Assembly (NCBI GenBank): GCA_011174845.1
Contig: DUEW01000015.1
Coordinates: 1 to 56,520 of the forward strand
Source of the DNA: Anaerolineae bacterium
GTDB lineage: Bacteria; Chloroflexota; Anaerolineae; Anaerolineales; E44-bin32
Direction of reading: 5' to 3'
Length of the DNA: 56,520 nucleotides
The notes below the pieces were generated by a model. That model searched no databases. It saw nothing but the letters and a program-made list of their open reading frames with translations, and was not told the DNA's origin. Positions 37,701 through 47,270 of this stretch are shown one piece after another. Each line of letters opens with the position of its first letter. Position 1 is the stretch's first letter. A program made the position numbers and the translations under genes.

Positions 37701-38010
37701 ACGATGGTCTCCCTCGAGATCAGGACACCTGCAACATAAATTTAAATTACCAATCCCTTTACTTCTCTTTCGGCCATACTCACAGAACGATCAATCATAA
37801 TCCTAACAGGAATTCAATTTAGAGTTCTATATATTCGATCCAGCACATCAATGACATTCATTGCCAAGTGAAATTAAACTACACTGTCCGGTGGCCAACA
37901 GCGTTTGATAATACCCCAAAACTTGAGCCGTTTAGAGAATTCTAATTAAAAGTTGTTCATCTGGAGGAACTCGATCCACCCTCTCGCATCTTTCAAGCAA
38001 CTTGCCTCCG

Positions 38011-39948
38011 TTACATAACAACAAAGAGAGTGCATACCAAGGCAGCGATAAAGATTACCAAGCTCCCAGCCACGAGCCAACCTAATTGCTGCCAACCAGG
38101 CAAGACATCATCCACACTGCTCGTCCACGTTGCATATCCACGCCGGACTTTCCAAGAACTGTACACAAATATCAACAGGCCTCCTACCAACATTCCCACT
38201 GCCGTCTCAACGAACAGAACCTGACTAAAAGTACCGTAACCTGTAAAGATTTTGTTGGCCAGGATCAGCACCATAGGTAGCGAACCTGCCAAGCCCAAGT
38301 TGGTAGTGATCAAGGTGTCCGGAAGCACCTGCAGCAGCGATTTGCCATACCCCTCATCGGATCGGGTTGTCCACCATGGCGCGGCAAATACGATCCAAAA
38401 GAACAGCAGAGGAATGAAGTAGATCATCCCCAGCCCTACTGCCAAGCCAGCTTCCATCAGAGCCGGTAACGCTGCCTGGATTGCCTGCATCAATAATCCA
38501 CCCGCAAATACCCCTGTAATGCCAAAAGTCGCACCTCGTAAAGCCTGCTGCCAGTACGGTTCTTTCGCTTCGGGTTCAAGAGATTCAGAAATCCGGTAAG
38601 CTACATAACCAAAGGGACCGGCAAATACTGTTGCAAGCGCCCAGACCACTTGCTGTCCTGCTGACAAGCCGATCACTTTCACTATACGCCAAACCAGCGC
38701 CGCAAAGGCAGTAGCGGTTAAAAGCATCCATACCAGCAATCCATCACCTTGTGTAAGGGGCAGGGATTCACGAAAGAGGGTGTACTTTCCATCGCTCAAG
38801 ATCACCTCACTCGTTCCATCTTCGTATTCCAGCGTCAATTTGGACACCTCGATGTCTCCACCCTTGGGGTAAACCAGGTCGCGGTGATATGCACGATCTG
38901 GGTCCTCAAAGTCATCAGCTCCTGTCACCCCACCTAAGGCTTCACTCAATCCAAATGCCCAATGCATACCGAAAACTTTCTCGTCCTCCAACACGTTGCC
39001 GGTTACGACAGCGGCCTCATTGACGCCCAAGCCTAGCTCAGCCACGTTGCGCAGGCCTTCGTCACGATAGATCGCACTGCGCACTCCCTCCGCGCAAGGA
39101 CTTTCACCAGCAACCTCTTGGATACGATTCCCCTCGACATGAAATACAGCAATTCCATCCCCACACCAAAACGGGATTTCACCGGCCGTCTGGCTGGGTT
39201 CGCCCGGGCGTTCACCTTCATACGGAACGATGTAAGCCTCACCGCTGGGCAGGTTGATGACGCCCATCCCTTCTCTGCCAGCGTGCAGTTGACCATCATC
39301 CGCATGCGCCTCCCGGTAGCGAAGATCAAAGTAGAACTCGTGACCGGAGGAAAAGATCACGCGGGCAGCCAGCGACTTGTCAAGCCTTTCCCTTAAAATG
39401 TGCGCCTTGCGAGCCACCTCGCTGTAATCTGCTGACAGCGCGGTGGACTGCATGCCACGATGCACGATGGGCATGCTAGCTGCGCGGAAATCGGGGTGCG
39501 TTTGACGGTACTCAATCAACGGTGCCGTAGGAGAATACTCAGTAAGCGCTACAGCGATGTTCACTCCAGTCAACACCTCATCCAAAACGACCTCTTTACC
39601 CCCCAAAAAACCTCTTTCTGGGAAAGCCCCACTATGAACACCTGTAGCTCGGTAGCTGTACAACGGAAGGACAGTGAATCCACGCTTCTCAGCTAAGGTA
39701 TTGAAGGCATCGTGCCACTCTTGAGCCATCTGGCGCCGGTCCTGCCATCCAGGATAATCGCCGAACTCTCCGTGGGGTAGATCAACCATAATCAGCACAG
39801 TTTCTCCCGCTTGAGGGTCAAACACATCGATGAGCAATTTCTCGAGGTCGAAACTTCGTCCACTTTGACCCGGATCCAAGAAGAATATTCCGATCAGAAC
39901 CCCAACAGAGACCAAGATGGTTATGATGGCAAGGATTTTGGTGCGCAT
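38011..39948 (-). CDS. M29 (aminopeptidase T/PepS-like) domain flanked by an N-terminal TM anchor and a C-terminal polytopic membrane domain
   Basis: 645 aa. VINLPSGEAYIVP and NVLEDEKVFGMHWAFG match M29 signatures. Residues 400-645 form about 6-7 hydrophobic helices. Confidence 0.6.
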   Translation of the reverse strand: MRTKILAIITILVSVGVLIGIFFLDPGQSGRSFDLEKLLIDVFDPQAGETVLIMVDLPHGEFGDYPGWQDRRQMAQEWHDAFNTLAEKRGFTVLPLYSYRATGVHSGAFPERGFLGGKEVVLDEVLTGVNIAVALTEYSPTAPLIEYRQTHPDFRAASMPIVHRGMQSTALSADYSEVARKAHILRERLDKSLAARVIFSSGHEFYFDLRYREAHADDGQLHAGREGMGVINLPSGEAYIVPYEGERPGEPSQTAGEIPFWCGDGIAVFHVEGNRIQEVAGESPCAEGVRSAIYRDEGLRNVAELGLGVNEAAVVTGNVLEDEKVFGMHWAFGLSEALGGVTGADDFEDPDRAYHRDLVYPKGGDIEVSKLTLEYEDGTSEVILSDGKYTLFRESLPLTQGDGLLVWMLLTATAFAALVWRIVKVIGLSAGQQVVWALATVFAGPFGYVAYRISESLEPEAKEPYWQQALRGATFGITGVFAGGLLMQAIQAALPALMEAGLAVGLGMIYFIPLLFFWIVFAAPWWTTRSDEGYGKSLLQVLPDTLITTNLGLAGSLPMVLILANKIFTGYGTFSQVLFVETAVGMLVGGLLIFVYSSWKVRRGYATWTSSVDDVLPGWQQLGWLVAGSLVIFIAALVCTLFVVM

Positions 39949-39960
39949 TCAACACCTCTC

Positions 39961-41103
39961 TCAGACATACCTAAGAATAAGATCGAGTGGTTCTTTGTAC
40001 TTCAACTGTCTGTACCAAAGGCAGAATGGGAACAGGACCAGCAGACCCAGGATCCAATAGGGATACATCGCAAGGATACTCGTACCTCCTTCCGGCGCCA
40101 GCCATCGGGCAAGCCCGGCGTATAGGAACAGATGGGCGATATAGAAGAACAACGGCACGCGTCCTACCGCCACCAAGGGCGCGAAGAAGGCTTGAACCCT
40201 CTCTTTCGCCTGCGAGTAAGCCCAGAGGACGATCAGATTAAAACCCATGGTCATCAGCGTGAAAGTCAATGCCGGAGGGTACTTGACCGGGTTGAAGAAA
40301 TCCATCCAGGAGTCCCCCAACCTCGGACGGATGTTCCCGAAACCGTCCAGCGCGCGAAGCACAACGAAAACGACCAGGAACGCAATCCCAAGCCAGAGTG
40401 CACGACGGTAAGCACTTTTCTGGTCCGCCAGCAGCCACCGACCAAAGAGCAATCCGAAGACAACCACCTCCAGCCATGCTAGCACGGGATAAGTGGAGAA
40501 TAATCGATTCGTACCACCACTAAATCCCAACACGAGTCCCAACGGCACATCGTTGAGTGTGCCCCATTGACTCGGATCGGGATGGGTGAATTCCATCCCC
40601 ACGAAAAGCGCTGCAGCGATCACCGCTAGTGCTTGCCATGGAAGCCATACCAACAGGCTTCCCAGGATCATACAGCCGCCCAGCGCAGCCAACACGCCCC
40701 AGTAGATCTGAACGTCCCACCCCTGTGGAGTAAGTTCCCAAGCGCGATTGACCACGATAAGCTGCAGAGCGATCAACAGGACACCACGAATCCACAGATC
40801 GCGCAAAATCTCCCACTTGCTCCAACCGCGTGCCTTGCGCGACTCGGCAAACAACAACATACCCACACCCATCAAAAACGCGAAACCCGGTGCACAAGGA
40901 TGGGTAGCTAACCTGGTGAGAAACGCCAAGACATCGTGGTAGACCGGGTAAGGACCACCCCAATACTCACCGCTCGAATGCTTCTGAGCGATGAACCAGT
41001 TGGCATGATCGAGGGCCATGAGAATCATGATGAGGCCGCGTAATGCATCCAGAGCGAACAAGCGTTTCCCCGGTTGACTACTAGTCATTAATGGTTCTTT
41101 CAT
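39961..41103 (-). CDS. DUF1624/heparan-alpha-glucosaminide N-acetyltransferase-like membrane protein
   Basis: 380 aa. RLFALDALRGLIMILMALDHAN, then about 10 TM helices. Confidence 0.75.
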   Translation of the reverse strand: MKEPLMTSSQPGKRLFALDALRGLIMILMALDHANWFIAQKHSSGEYWGGPYPVYHDVLAFLTRLATHPCAPGFAFLMGVGMLLFAESRKARGWSKWEILRDLWIRGVLLIALQLIVVNRAWELTPQGWDVQIYWGVLAALGGCMILGSLLVWLPWQALAVIAAALFVGMEFTHPDPSQWGTLNDVPLGLVLGFSGGTNRLFSTYPVLAWLEVVVFGLLFGRWLLADQKSAYRRALWLGIAFLVVFVVLRALDGFGNIRPRLGDSWMDFFNPVKYPPALTFTLMTMGFNLIVLWAYSQAKERVQAFFAPLVAVGRVPLFFYIAHLFLYAGLARWLAPEGGTSILAMYPYWILGLLVLFPFCLWYRQLKYKEPLDLILRYV

Positions 41104-41161
41104 TTAACCCACCCCTCAAGAATGATAACCATAGTTAAGGACCTGGAATTAAACACCGAGC

Positions 41162-41689
41162 TTATTCAAGAGGCTCGAAGTTGTAGAGCACATGCATGAA
41201 AAGCGTTTCGTAATAACTCTCGGCTTTTCGAACTTCGCGAGAATCCCCACACGCTAGCACGGTATACCATGCGTCTTCACCCTCGGCGATTCCCATTTTC
41301 ACTCCCACGAGGCCGTCATAGTAGTTGAAGAAATTAAAATCGTACAACTCCCAAGCGAGGTAGTCGGAGTCGTAACTACCCTCCTGGGAAGGGAACTCCT
41401 CCAGATCCATTTCTTGCTTCCCGACCACCTCCACCTCTGCACGCGTAAGACCCATTAGGCTCATTTGAATGAGCACGGTTAGATCGCGCTCATCTGCGGC
41501 GCGCAGCCTATGGGTCGAATCCGTCTGCTGCCAGTATTGCGGCACGACTGTACGGAAACCCATCTCAGTGTTTGTATATGTCGTTAGGGCATAAGCACCA
41601 TCGTCGGCGCCATATGGCGAGGCGCTACAAGCCGCCAGCATCAGTGCGATCCATACCATAAACAATGGTCCAATCTGAAATTTATTCAT
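41162..41689 (-). CDS. Putative lipoprotein, function unknown
   Basis: 175 aa. Signal peptide plus lipobox: FMVWIALMLAAC-S. Confidence 0.6.
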   Translation of the reverse strand: MNKFQIGPLFMVWIALMLAACSASPYGADDGAYALTTYTNTEMGFRTVVPQYWQQTDSTHRLRAADERDLTVLIQMSLMGLTRAEVEVVGKQEMDLEEFPSQEGSYDSDYLAWELYDFNFFNYYDGLVGVKMGIAEGEDAWYTVLACGDSREVRKAESYYETLFMHVLYNFEPLE

Positions 41690-41891
41690 CGCCTACCCTT
41701 TACTCGCCGATCCAAGATGATCGTCATGATTGCCTTTCCTTCTTCGCAAGAGCACGATCCATAAAGTTCTTTTGCCCATCAAAACGATCCCCAAAAATCT
41801 ATCAAAGCATTCATTGCGGAACTTACAAGCAAAACACTCTGCATAGTGCCAAGCTACGACTTTTAACTTATCAACCTCTTCTTCCTCTTGT

Positions 41892-41927
41892 GTGCTGAGG
41901 GTGCGTTCATAGACGCACCCTCAGCAC
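41892..41927 (-). terminator. Perfect 15-bp stem-loop 17 nt downstream of the hydrolase stop (no U-tract)
   Basis: gtgctgagggtgcgt tcatag acgcaccctcagcac. The arms are exact reverse complements. Confidence 0.4.
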
Positions 41928-41943
41928 GATTGAAACAAGAAGT

Positions 41944-44025
41944 CTACTCAACCGGCACCAGCGCCTGCAACACAGGAAGGAAAACCGATTCGTACAGACT
42001 ATCCGCCTCCTCCGGGGAGGAGATGAGCAAAACCACATATGCCCCTGTCTCTCCCTCGGCCAGCGCCATGAATGAGTGAACAGGGATCCCACTGAGTTCG
42101 ACCTCCAACGAATAGAGGTCCCAGATAAACGCCGCGCCCTCATAGATGTCGCTGCTTTCGGGGAACGATTCCAAGCCGAAGAGGGACTGAAACCCAGGAA
42201 TAAATACCGATGGCTTCTCGCCAGGCACGACGTCATAGATCAATGTTGTTTGATCGATCGCAGAAGCGCCGCGAGCAAAGAGACCCGGTTGAACTTCCGT
42301 CCAACCAGCCGGCGATAGTCCGCGGATACCGAGCGATTCCTGCGTGAAGGGCTCAAGTGTAATCTCGACCACTTGACCCGGCACATCGAACACCAAACCA
42401 GGCAGATTCTGGATGCAGCTTGCATCCGGCGCACGGGAGGAATCGGCGAGAAACTCCAGCATGATTGAGGTCACACATTCACTGGTCCCTAACACACCGT
42501 GTCCGACACCCGGGAAGGTGTAGATGTATGCCTTGCTCATTGCCTCGGACGCTACATCGGCCATGGACGGAGGTACAGTGGGGTCAAACTCGCCTGCAAG
42601 TAAAAGGGTAGGAATATCACTCTGCACCGAGGTTTTCACACTTTCGTCCAGCATTTCGACATCCCAGACTTCACAGGTGAAAATCCAAATTTCACCCAAT
42701 AGCCCTTGCATCACGCGCACAACGGGCGGATAGAGCCCTTCTGGATCGGCGAAATCCTGCGCGGTGAAGTCGACCAGTTCGCTGCAAATCACGGATTTGT
42801 ACATACCATCAGCGATCTCCATACGGAAGATCAGGGAGGATTGAATCGCAGAGAGCAGCCCATACTCCCCTGCAGCGATATCGTTGATGAGTTCCGGAAG
42901 CGAAGGGAGTAACTGGGTGTAGTAGAGATAATCGCGCATTATCTGAATGAGCTTATCACCCGTAAGTAGTAGAGGATATGCCTCACCTGTGTATGGATTG
43001 GTGACCTCGAGCGTGGTCGGGGATTCATTGAGCACATCGACCGTCTCAAAAAACACCTTTTCCATGTCGGCGTAAGCCGAGTTACAGTCTGGGTCTTCAG
43101 CACATTGCGAGAAAAATAGTCGCAGGGCACGATCAGCGCTGTGAGCTTTGTAGAGTAAATTGGGATCATGTCGCAGCGGTGCAACAGCATCCAGGATTAC
43201 ACTACGCACGATTTTAGGATACTCACGCATGATATGTTGGGCGAGTATCGTCCCATACGAGCCGCCGTAGATGTTGAAGTTCTCGTAACCAAGTGCACGC
43301 ATCACTGCCACAATGTCAGCGGCGTTTTCGAGGCTGTTGTATGCCGATAGATCTACGCCTTCATTGGTAAGCCGCTCGTAGCAGGCACTGAGCGCCTCAT
43401 GCAGGAACGGCTTACGCTCCTCGGCATCCAAATTCTGCGCCATCAATTCTAGGCTCAGCTCGAAGTTTTCCTCACAATACAGGAAAGGTGTCGAATAGAG
43501 CGTGCCACGCTGCTCGACAAGGACGACATCCCGATCGGCATGGAATCCGGCTCCCAAAGGCGAAAAGAGCAGTGGTGTAAAGACAGTCAGCGCTGAAGAA
43601 CCGGGGCCACCAGCGAGCATGAAGAGCGGTTCGAGCGCTGCTGGTTGCACCTCGCTTTTCACGATAGCAACCGCGAGTCGGATCATCTTCCCTTCAGGGT
43701 AGGCGTGTTTTTCCGGTACCTCTACTGTTCCACACACGACGTTCTCGCCCTCGACAGCTCCGGGTGGTAAATCTATGGGACAAGGCGTGCTTTCGAAGAT
43801 TGGTTGGAACCCCAACGTTTCTTCTAAGGTCGGTGTAGGGGTGGTGAATTCACGGTTCGTTTCGCCACGCGTTTCTTCCGGCGTGGAGGTATCCCCACCC
43901 GTGCAGGCACTTAGAATCCCCATCAAAAGTAGGATGACAAGCAAACCTGGAAAACTCGCTCTCATCAAACTCACACCACTTTTGGGATTTATATTTCGAA
44001 CTTCACCCCTGGCATGGATCTTCAT
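41944..44025 (-). CDS. Secreted alpha/beta hydrolase (tripeptidyl aminopeptidase-like)
   Basis: 693 aa. Nucleophile elbow GGSYGT. A lipoprotein-type signal MRASFPGLLVILLLMGILSAC suggests an alternative start at the ATG at 43965. Confidence 0.8.
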   Translation of the reverse strand: MKIHARGEVRNINPKSGVSLMRASFPGLLVILLLMGILSACTGGDTSTPEETRGETNREFTTPTPTLEETLGFQPIFESTPCPIDLPPGAVEGENVVCGTVEVPEKHAYPEGKMIRLAVAIVKSEVQPAALEPLFMLAGGPGSSALTVFTPLLFSPLGAGFHADRDVVLVEQRGTLYSTPFLYCEENFELSLELMAQNLDAEERKPFLHEALSACYERLTNEGVDLSAYNSLENAADIVAVMRALGYENFNIYGGSYGTILAQHIMREYPKIVRSVILDAVAPLRHDPNLLYKAHSADRALRLFFSQCAEDPDCNSAYADMEKVFFETVDVLNESPTTLEVTNPYTGEAYPLLLTGDKLIQIMRDYLYYTQLLPSLPELINDIAAGEYGLLSAIQSSLIFRMEIADGMYKSVICSELVDFTAQDFADPEGLYPPVVRVMQGLLGEIWIFTCEVWDVEMLDESVKTSVQSDIPTLLLAGEFDPTVPPSMADVASEAMSKAYIYTFPGVGHGVLGTSECVTSIMLEFLADSSRAPDASCIQNLPGLVFDVPGQVVEITLEPFTQESLGIRGLSPAGWTEVQPGLFARGASAIDQTTLIYDVVPGEKPSVFIPGFQSLFGLESFPESSDIYEGAAFIWDLYSLEVELSGIPVHSFMALAEGETGAYVVLLISSPEEADSLYESVFLPVLQALVPVE

Positions 44026-44047
44026 CAGATACTCCTCCTTATAAAAT

Positions 44048-44794
44048 TCATAGCGTCAGGATCAACCGTTCGCGTTTGAACTGTCGTATCGCGATGATGA
44101 TCATGGCAACGGCCAACAGAGCCAGGATAGCTACGAGTATCAGGCTGAATTGCTCGAAACTGAGCGATTCCAGTATGGCCTTCAGTTTTGTCTTCCCAGA
44201 TGCTGTTGTCGCAAGGACGAAGAACGCCGCTTGCAGAACCATTAACGGGATCAACATCACAGCCATCAGAGATTGTTGAGCCTGCTGCACACTTTCTGCT
44301 CGCAGAGAGAACAGCACACCAGCTCCTGCGATGAGCAGCGAGACCAGTAAGCTGATCACTATGTCTGCGATGAAGACGGATGGCTTATAGAAGAGCAGAT
44401 GCCCGTCCCATAACGCGATGTTGGCCGTAACCAATCCGAGCAGAAGGACGATCAGCGTGATCCCCCAACCAAAGGCCACCGACGTAATCATTTTACCGAA
44501 GAGGATGGCACGGTCTGACAGACGGCTTGCCAAGAGCGTCGGTAAGGTATGCTGTTCTCGCTCACTAGCAAAGGCGGCTGGGATCGAGGTTCCCACTAAG
44601 AGGAGTGGGATGATGGCGGCGATCATGAGCGATAATCCACTCTCCACCCACCCCTCCTTCAGCTGCAATGGCATGACAACTGCCAGCATTAGAGGGGTAA
44701 ACATCATAAGAATGGTCTGCCCTTTACGACCCTGGATTCTGAATAGACCTTTCAGAGCTTTCCACATCACGGTAAGAATATCTTTGTACATCAT
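44048..44794 (-). CDS. ABC-2 type transporter permease
   Basis: 248 aa and 6 TM helices. Its ATG overlaps the stop of the ATPase gene (ATGA). Confidence 0.75.
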   Translation of the reverse strand: MMYKDILTVMWKALKGLFRIQGRKGQTILMMFTPLMLAVVMPLQLKEGWVESGLSLMIAAIIPLLLVGTSIPAAFASEREQHTLPTLLASRLSDRAILFGKMITSVAFGWGITLIVLLLGLVTANIALWDGHLLFYKPSVFIADIVISLLVSLLIAGAGVLFSLRAESVQQAQQSLMAVMLIPLMVLQAAFFVLATTASGKTKLKAILESLSFEQFSLILVAILALLAVAMIIIAIRQFKRERLILTL

Positions 44795-45723
44795 TTGGAT
44801 TCCTCCATTAAAGTCAGAAATACTTCTTCTAAGCTGGCCTTGCCTCGGCGGACCTCATCTACCTGCACACCCGCAGACACCATCAGCGTGACCAACAGTC
44901 CAACGTCCAACTCTTCCCTCAGGTCAATGACCATGCGACCGTTTTCCACTTCCACAGCGGAAATTTCCGATCGATCTCGCAGTGAAGTTAAGGCACGTTC
45001 GTTGAACCCATGTCCAAAGATCTCGACTCGAGGACCACCGGCACGCGCACGCAACTCGTCCGGATGACCAATCGCTACCAGCCTCCCCTCTCGAATAACT
45101 GCCACCCGGCTGCACAATTTCTCTGCTTCAGCCATGTTGTGAGTGGTCAAGAAGACCGTGACGCCCTCCTGAGCAGCGAGGATTTCCAAGTCGTCACGTA
45201 TCGCCGTTGCAGCCACCACATCCAAACCGGCCGTTGGTTCATCGAGCAGAACCAAAGAGGGTCGATGCAGCAAAACCCGAGCAAGGGCGAGCTTCTGCTT
45301 CATGCCTCTGCTCCATGTCCCTGCACGATCCTTTCGCCGCTCCCAAAGTCCCATGTGGGTCAGCAATTCTTTAATGCGTGCCTGACGCTCACCCGCTGGC
45401 AATTGCCACACTCGACCGTAGAATTCAAGATTGTCTTCTGCGTTCAAGTGTTCATAAACACCGGAATATTCGAGCAAAGCTCCCGTTCGGGATCGAATCT
45501 CATCTGCTTGAGTCTGGGTATCAAAGCCCAACACTTCGGCCCGCCCTTCTGTCGGTTCCAACAAACCGAGCAAAAGATTGATGGTGGTCGTTTTCCCTGC
45601 ACCGTTGGGTCCCAAAAATCCGAAGATGCGACCCGCTGACACCTCTAACGAAAGACCGTCTACGGCTCTCACGGTGTCAAAATCTCGGGAAAGGTTGTCG
45701 ATACGAATGGCTACCGTGTTCAT
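44791..45723 (-). CDS. ABC transporter ATP-binding protein
   Basis: Motifs: GPNGAGKTTT, Q-loop, LSRGMKQKLA-like WSRGMKQKLALA, LVLLDEPTAGLD, THNM. Confidence 0.9.
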   Translation of the reverse strand: MNTVAIRIDNLSRDFDTVRAVDGLSLEVSAGRIFGFLGPNGAGKTTTINLLLGLLEPTEGRAEVLGFDTQTQADEIRSRTGALLEYSGVYEHLNAEDNLEFYGRVWQLPAGERQARIKELLTHMGLWERRKDRAGTWSRGMKQKLALARVLLHRPSLVLLDEPTAGLDVVAATAIRDDLEILAAQEGVTVFLTTHNMAEAEKLCSRVAVIREGRLVAIGHPDELRARAGGPRVEIFGHGFNERALTSLRDRSEISAVEVENGRMVIDLREELDVGLLVTLMVSAGVQVDEVRRGKASLEEVFLTLMEESK

Positions 45724-45840
45724 AGTGTTTCCTCCTTATGATTGTCTTTCTTGCTTATTGATCTGGTCCATTTGTCTAAGGATTTCATCCGTGCAGTGAG
45801 CGGTGAGGTTGACATTTTCCGATGGTGTACTTTAGTTGGT

Positions 45841-46020
45841 CTATAATCCATGAAGGATGACCAGTAAGCTCATGAACATTCCGGATATCACTAGTTCTGA
45901 TCTTCGACTTCCCTGGTGAGATTTGGCTGCTCGGATCAGTTGTTCCTGCTCAACCTCATGTATAGCATCCTTCATGTGCTCAACCGCAGCCCGATGCGTG
46001 ATACTTACGGCGATATACAT
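45841..46020 (-). CDS. Candidate small membrane protein (59 aa)
   Basis: The ATG at 46020 is preceded by a GGAGGG RBS, 11 nt after the receiver-gene stop. It has a C-terminal hydrophobic helix (VISGMFMSLLVILHGL). The ORF track shows a longer overlapping version (to 46101). Confidence 0.4.
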   Translation of the reverse strand: MYIAVSITHRAAVEHMKDAIHEVEQEQLIRAAKSHQGSRRSELVISGMFMSLLVILHGL

Positions 46021-46031
46021 GGTGCACCCTC

Positions 46032-46391
46032 CTACCGGTCTAGGATCGCTTTCAAAAGCGTCTCGGTTCGACATCCTTTGACCAGAAAGACATCGGCGCA
46101 AGCGTCTTGGGCATCGTCTAGATATGAGTTAGACATCGTCAGCACGATGACCTTGATCTCGGGCCATCGATCCTTAATGAGCCGGGTCGCCTCAAGACCA
46201 TCCATCGTCGGCATCCGAGCATCCATCAGGATCACATCAGGCTGATGCAACTCTGCCATTTGTACGGCTTCTTGACCATCCGCTGCTTCTGCGATGACCT
46301 CTACTTCAGGACAAGTGGCTAATAAGGCTTTCAATCCAAGTCGAGAACGAGAGCGATCGTCAGCGATCAGAACCCTCAATTTTTCTTGCAT
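46032..46391 (-). CDS. Receiver-only response regulator (NarL-type receiver without an HTH output)
   Basis: 119 aa. Motifs: LRVLIADDRS, PDVILMDARMPTMDGLEAT, KVIVLT. Confidence 0.85.
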   Translation of the reverse strand: MQEKLRVLIADDRSRSRLGLKALLATCPEVEVIAEAADGQEAVQMAELHQPDVILMDARMPTMDGLEATRLIKDRWPEIKVIVLTMSNSYLDDAQDACADVFLVKGCRTETLLKAILDR

Positions 46392-46494
46392 TTCGTCATT
46401 CCCTGTTCAGCATGATGGACGAGAATTTTGATCTGGCACCTAGTATGACGGAGAGATACTTTCCAGTCATCGGATAGAGGGTTGAATTGGACTA

Positions 46495-46525
46495 CACAAA
46501 AAAGACCGCCTTTTAGACGGTCTTT
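46495..46525 (-). terminator. Rho-independent terminator after the NarL-type regulator gene
   Basis: The minus strand has agaccg-N9-cggtct followed by TTTTTT. The + strand is also flanked by an A/T run, so it may act in both directions. Confidence 0.6.
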
Positions 46526-46601
46526 CTCAACGCGAATGGTAGTGTTCTATGATAAATATCGCATGATGAGTCTACGAGAAATGTTGTACCTCACCTGATG
46601 T

Positions 46602-47270
46602 CTATTGCGAATCGTCAAGCTCGTTTAACGGAGCCAATCCTTTTCGTAGGGCATACAGGGCAGCTTGGGTGCGGCTGGCTAGATGTAATTTGCCGAGGAT
46701 ATTGCTCACATGAGTCCGCACCGTGGCTTCGCTTAGAACCAGCTCATCGGCGATCTCCCGGTTGCTTTTCCCTTTCGCAATATGAAGCAGAACCTCGACC
46801 TCACGCTCCGTCAAAGGTTCCTCCGTCAAATCCCGATCTGGAGATTGCGAAATTTCCTGAAGCACCTTACGCGCTATGAGAGGAGAAAGTGATGATTCTC
46901 CCGCGTAGACCTGCCGAATGGCACGGATAAGATCCTCCGGTTCCGAATCCTTCAGCAGATAACCCAATGCGCCAGCTTTAATGGCTGGGAATACTTTATC
47001 GTCCGCGACGAAGCTGGTCAGAACTAAGATGCGTGCCTGGGGATCCTCGGCCAAGACGCGACGGGTCACTTCAATTCCGTCCAATTTGGGCATGAGCAGA
47101 TCCAACAGAATTACATCAGGTTGGAGATCCTCGATTTGCTGTAGTGCCTCCTGCCCATCCTGCGCCTCGCCCACGACCTCGATATCCTCCTCCGTCGCCA
47201 ATAAAGCCTGGATTCCTTTCCGAACAAAGACGTGATCGTCTACGATCAGCACCCGAATAGTCTCGCTCAT
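46602..47270 (-). CDS. NarL/LuxR family two-component response regulator
   Basis: 222 aa. Receiver motifs (VLIVDDH, DVILLDLLMPKLDG) plus a LuxR HTH (LTEREVEVLLHIAKGKSNREIADELVLSEATVRTHVSNILGKL). Confidence 0.9.
   Translation of the reverse strand: MSETIRVLIVDDHVFVRKGIQALLATEEDIEVVGEAQDGQEALQQIEDLQPDVILLDLLMPKLDGIEVTRRVLAEDPQARILVLTSFVADDKVFPAIKAGALGYLLKDSEPEDLIRAIRQVYAGESSLSPLIARKVLQEISQSPDRDLTEEPLTEREVEVLLHIAKGKSNREIADELVLSEATVRTHVSNILGKLHLASRTQAALYALRKGLAPLNELDDSQ

Noticed and set aside
45010-45639. A 209-aa + strand ORF
   Set aside because: It is antisense to the ABC ATPase gene, whose minus frame carries Walker A, the ABC signature and Walker B. It is a shadow ORF.
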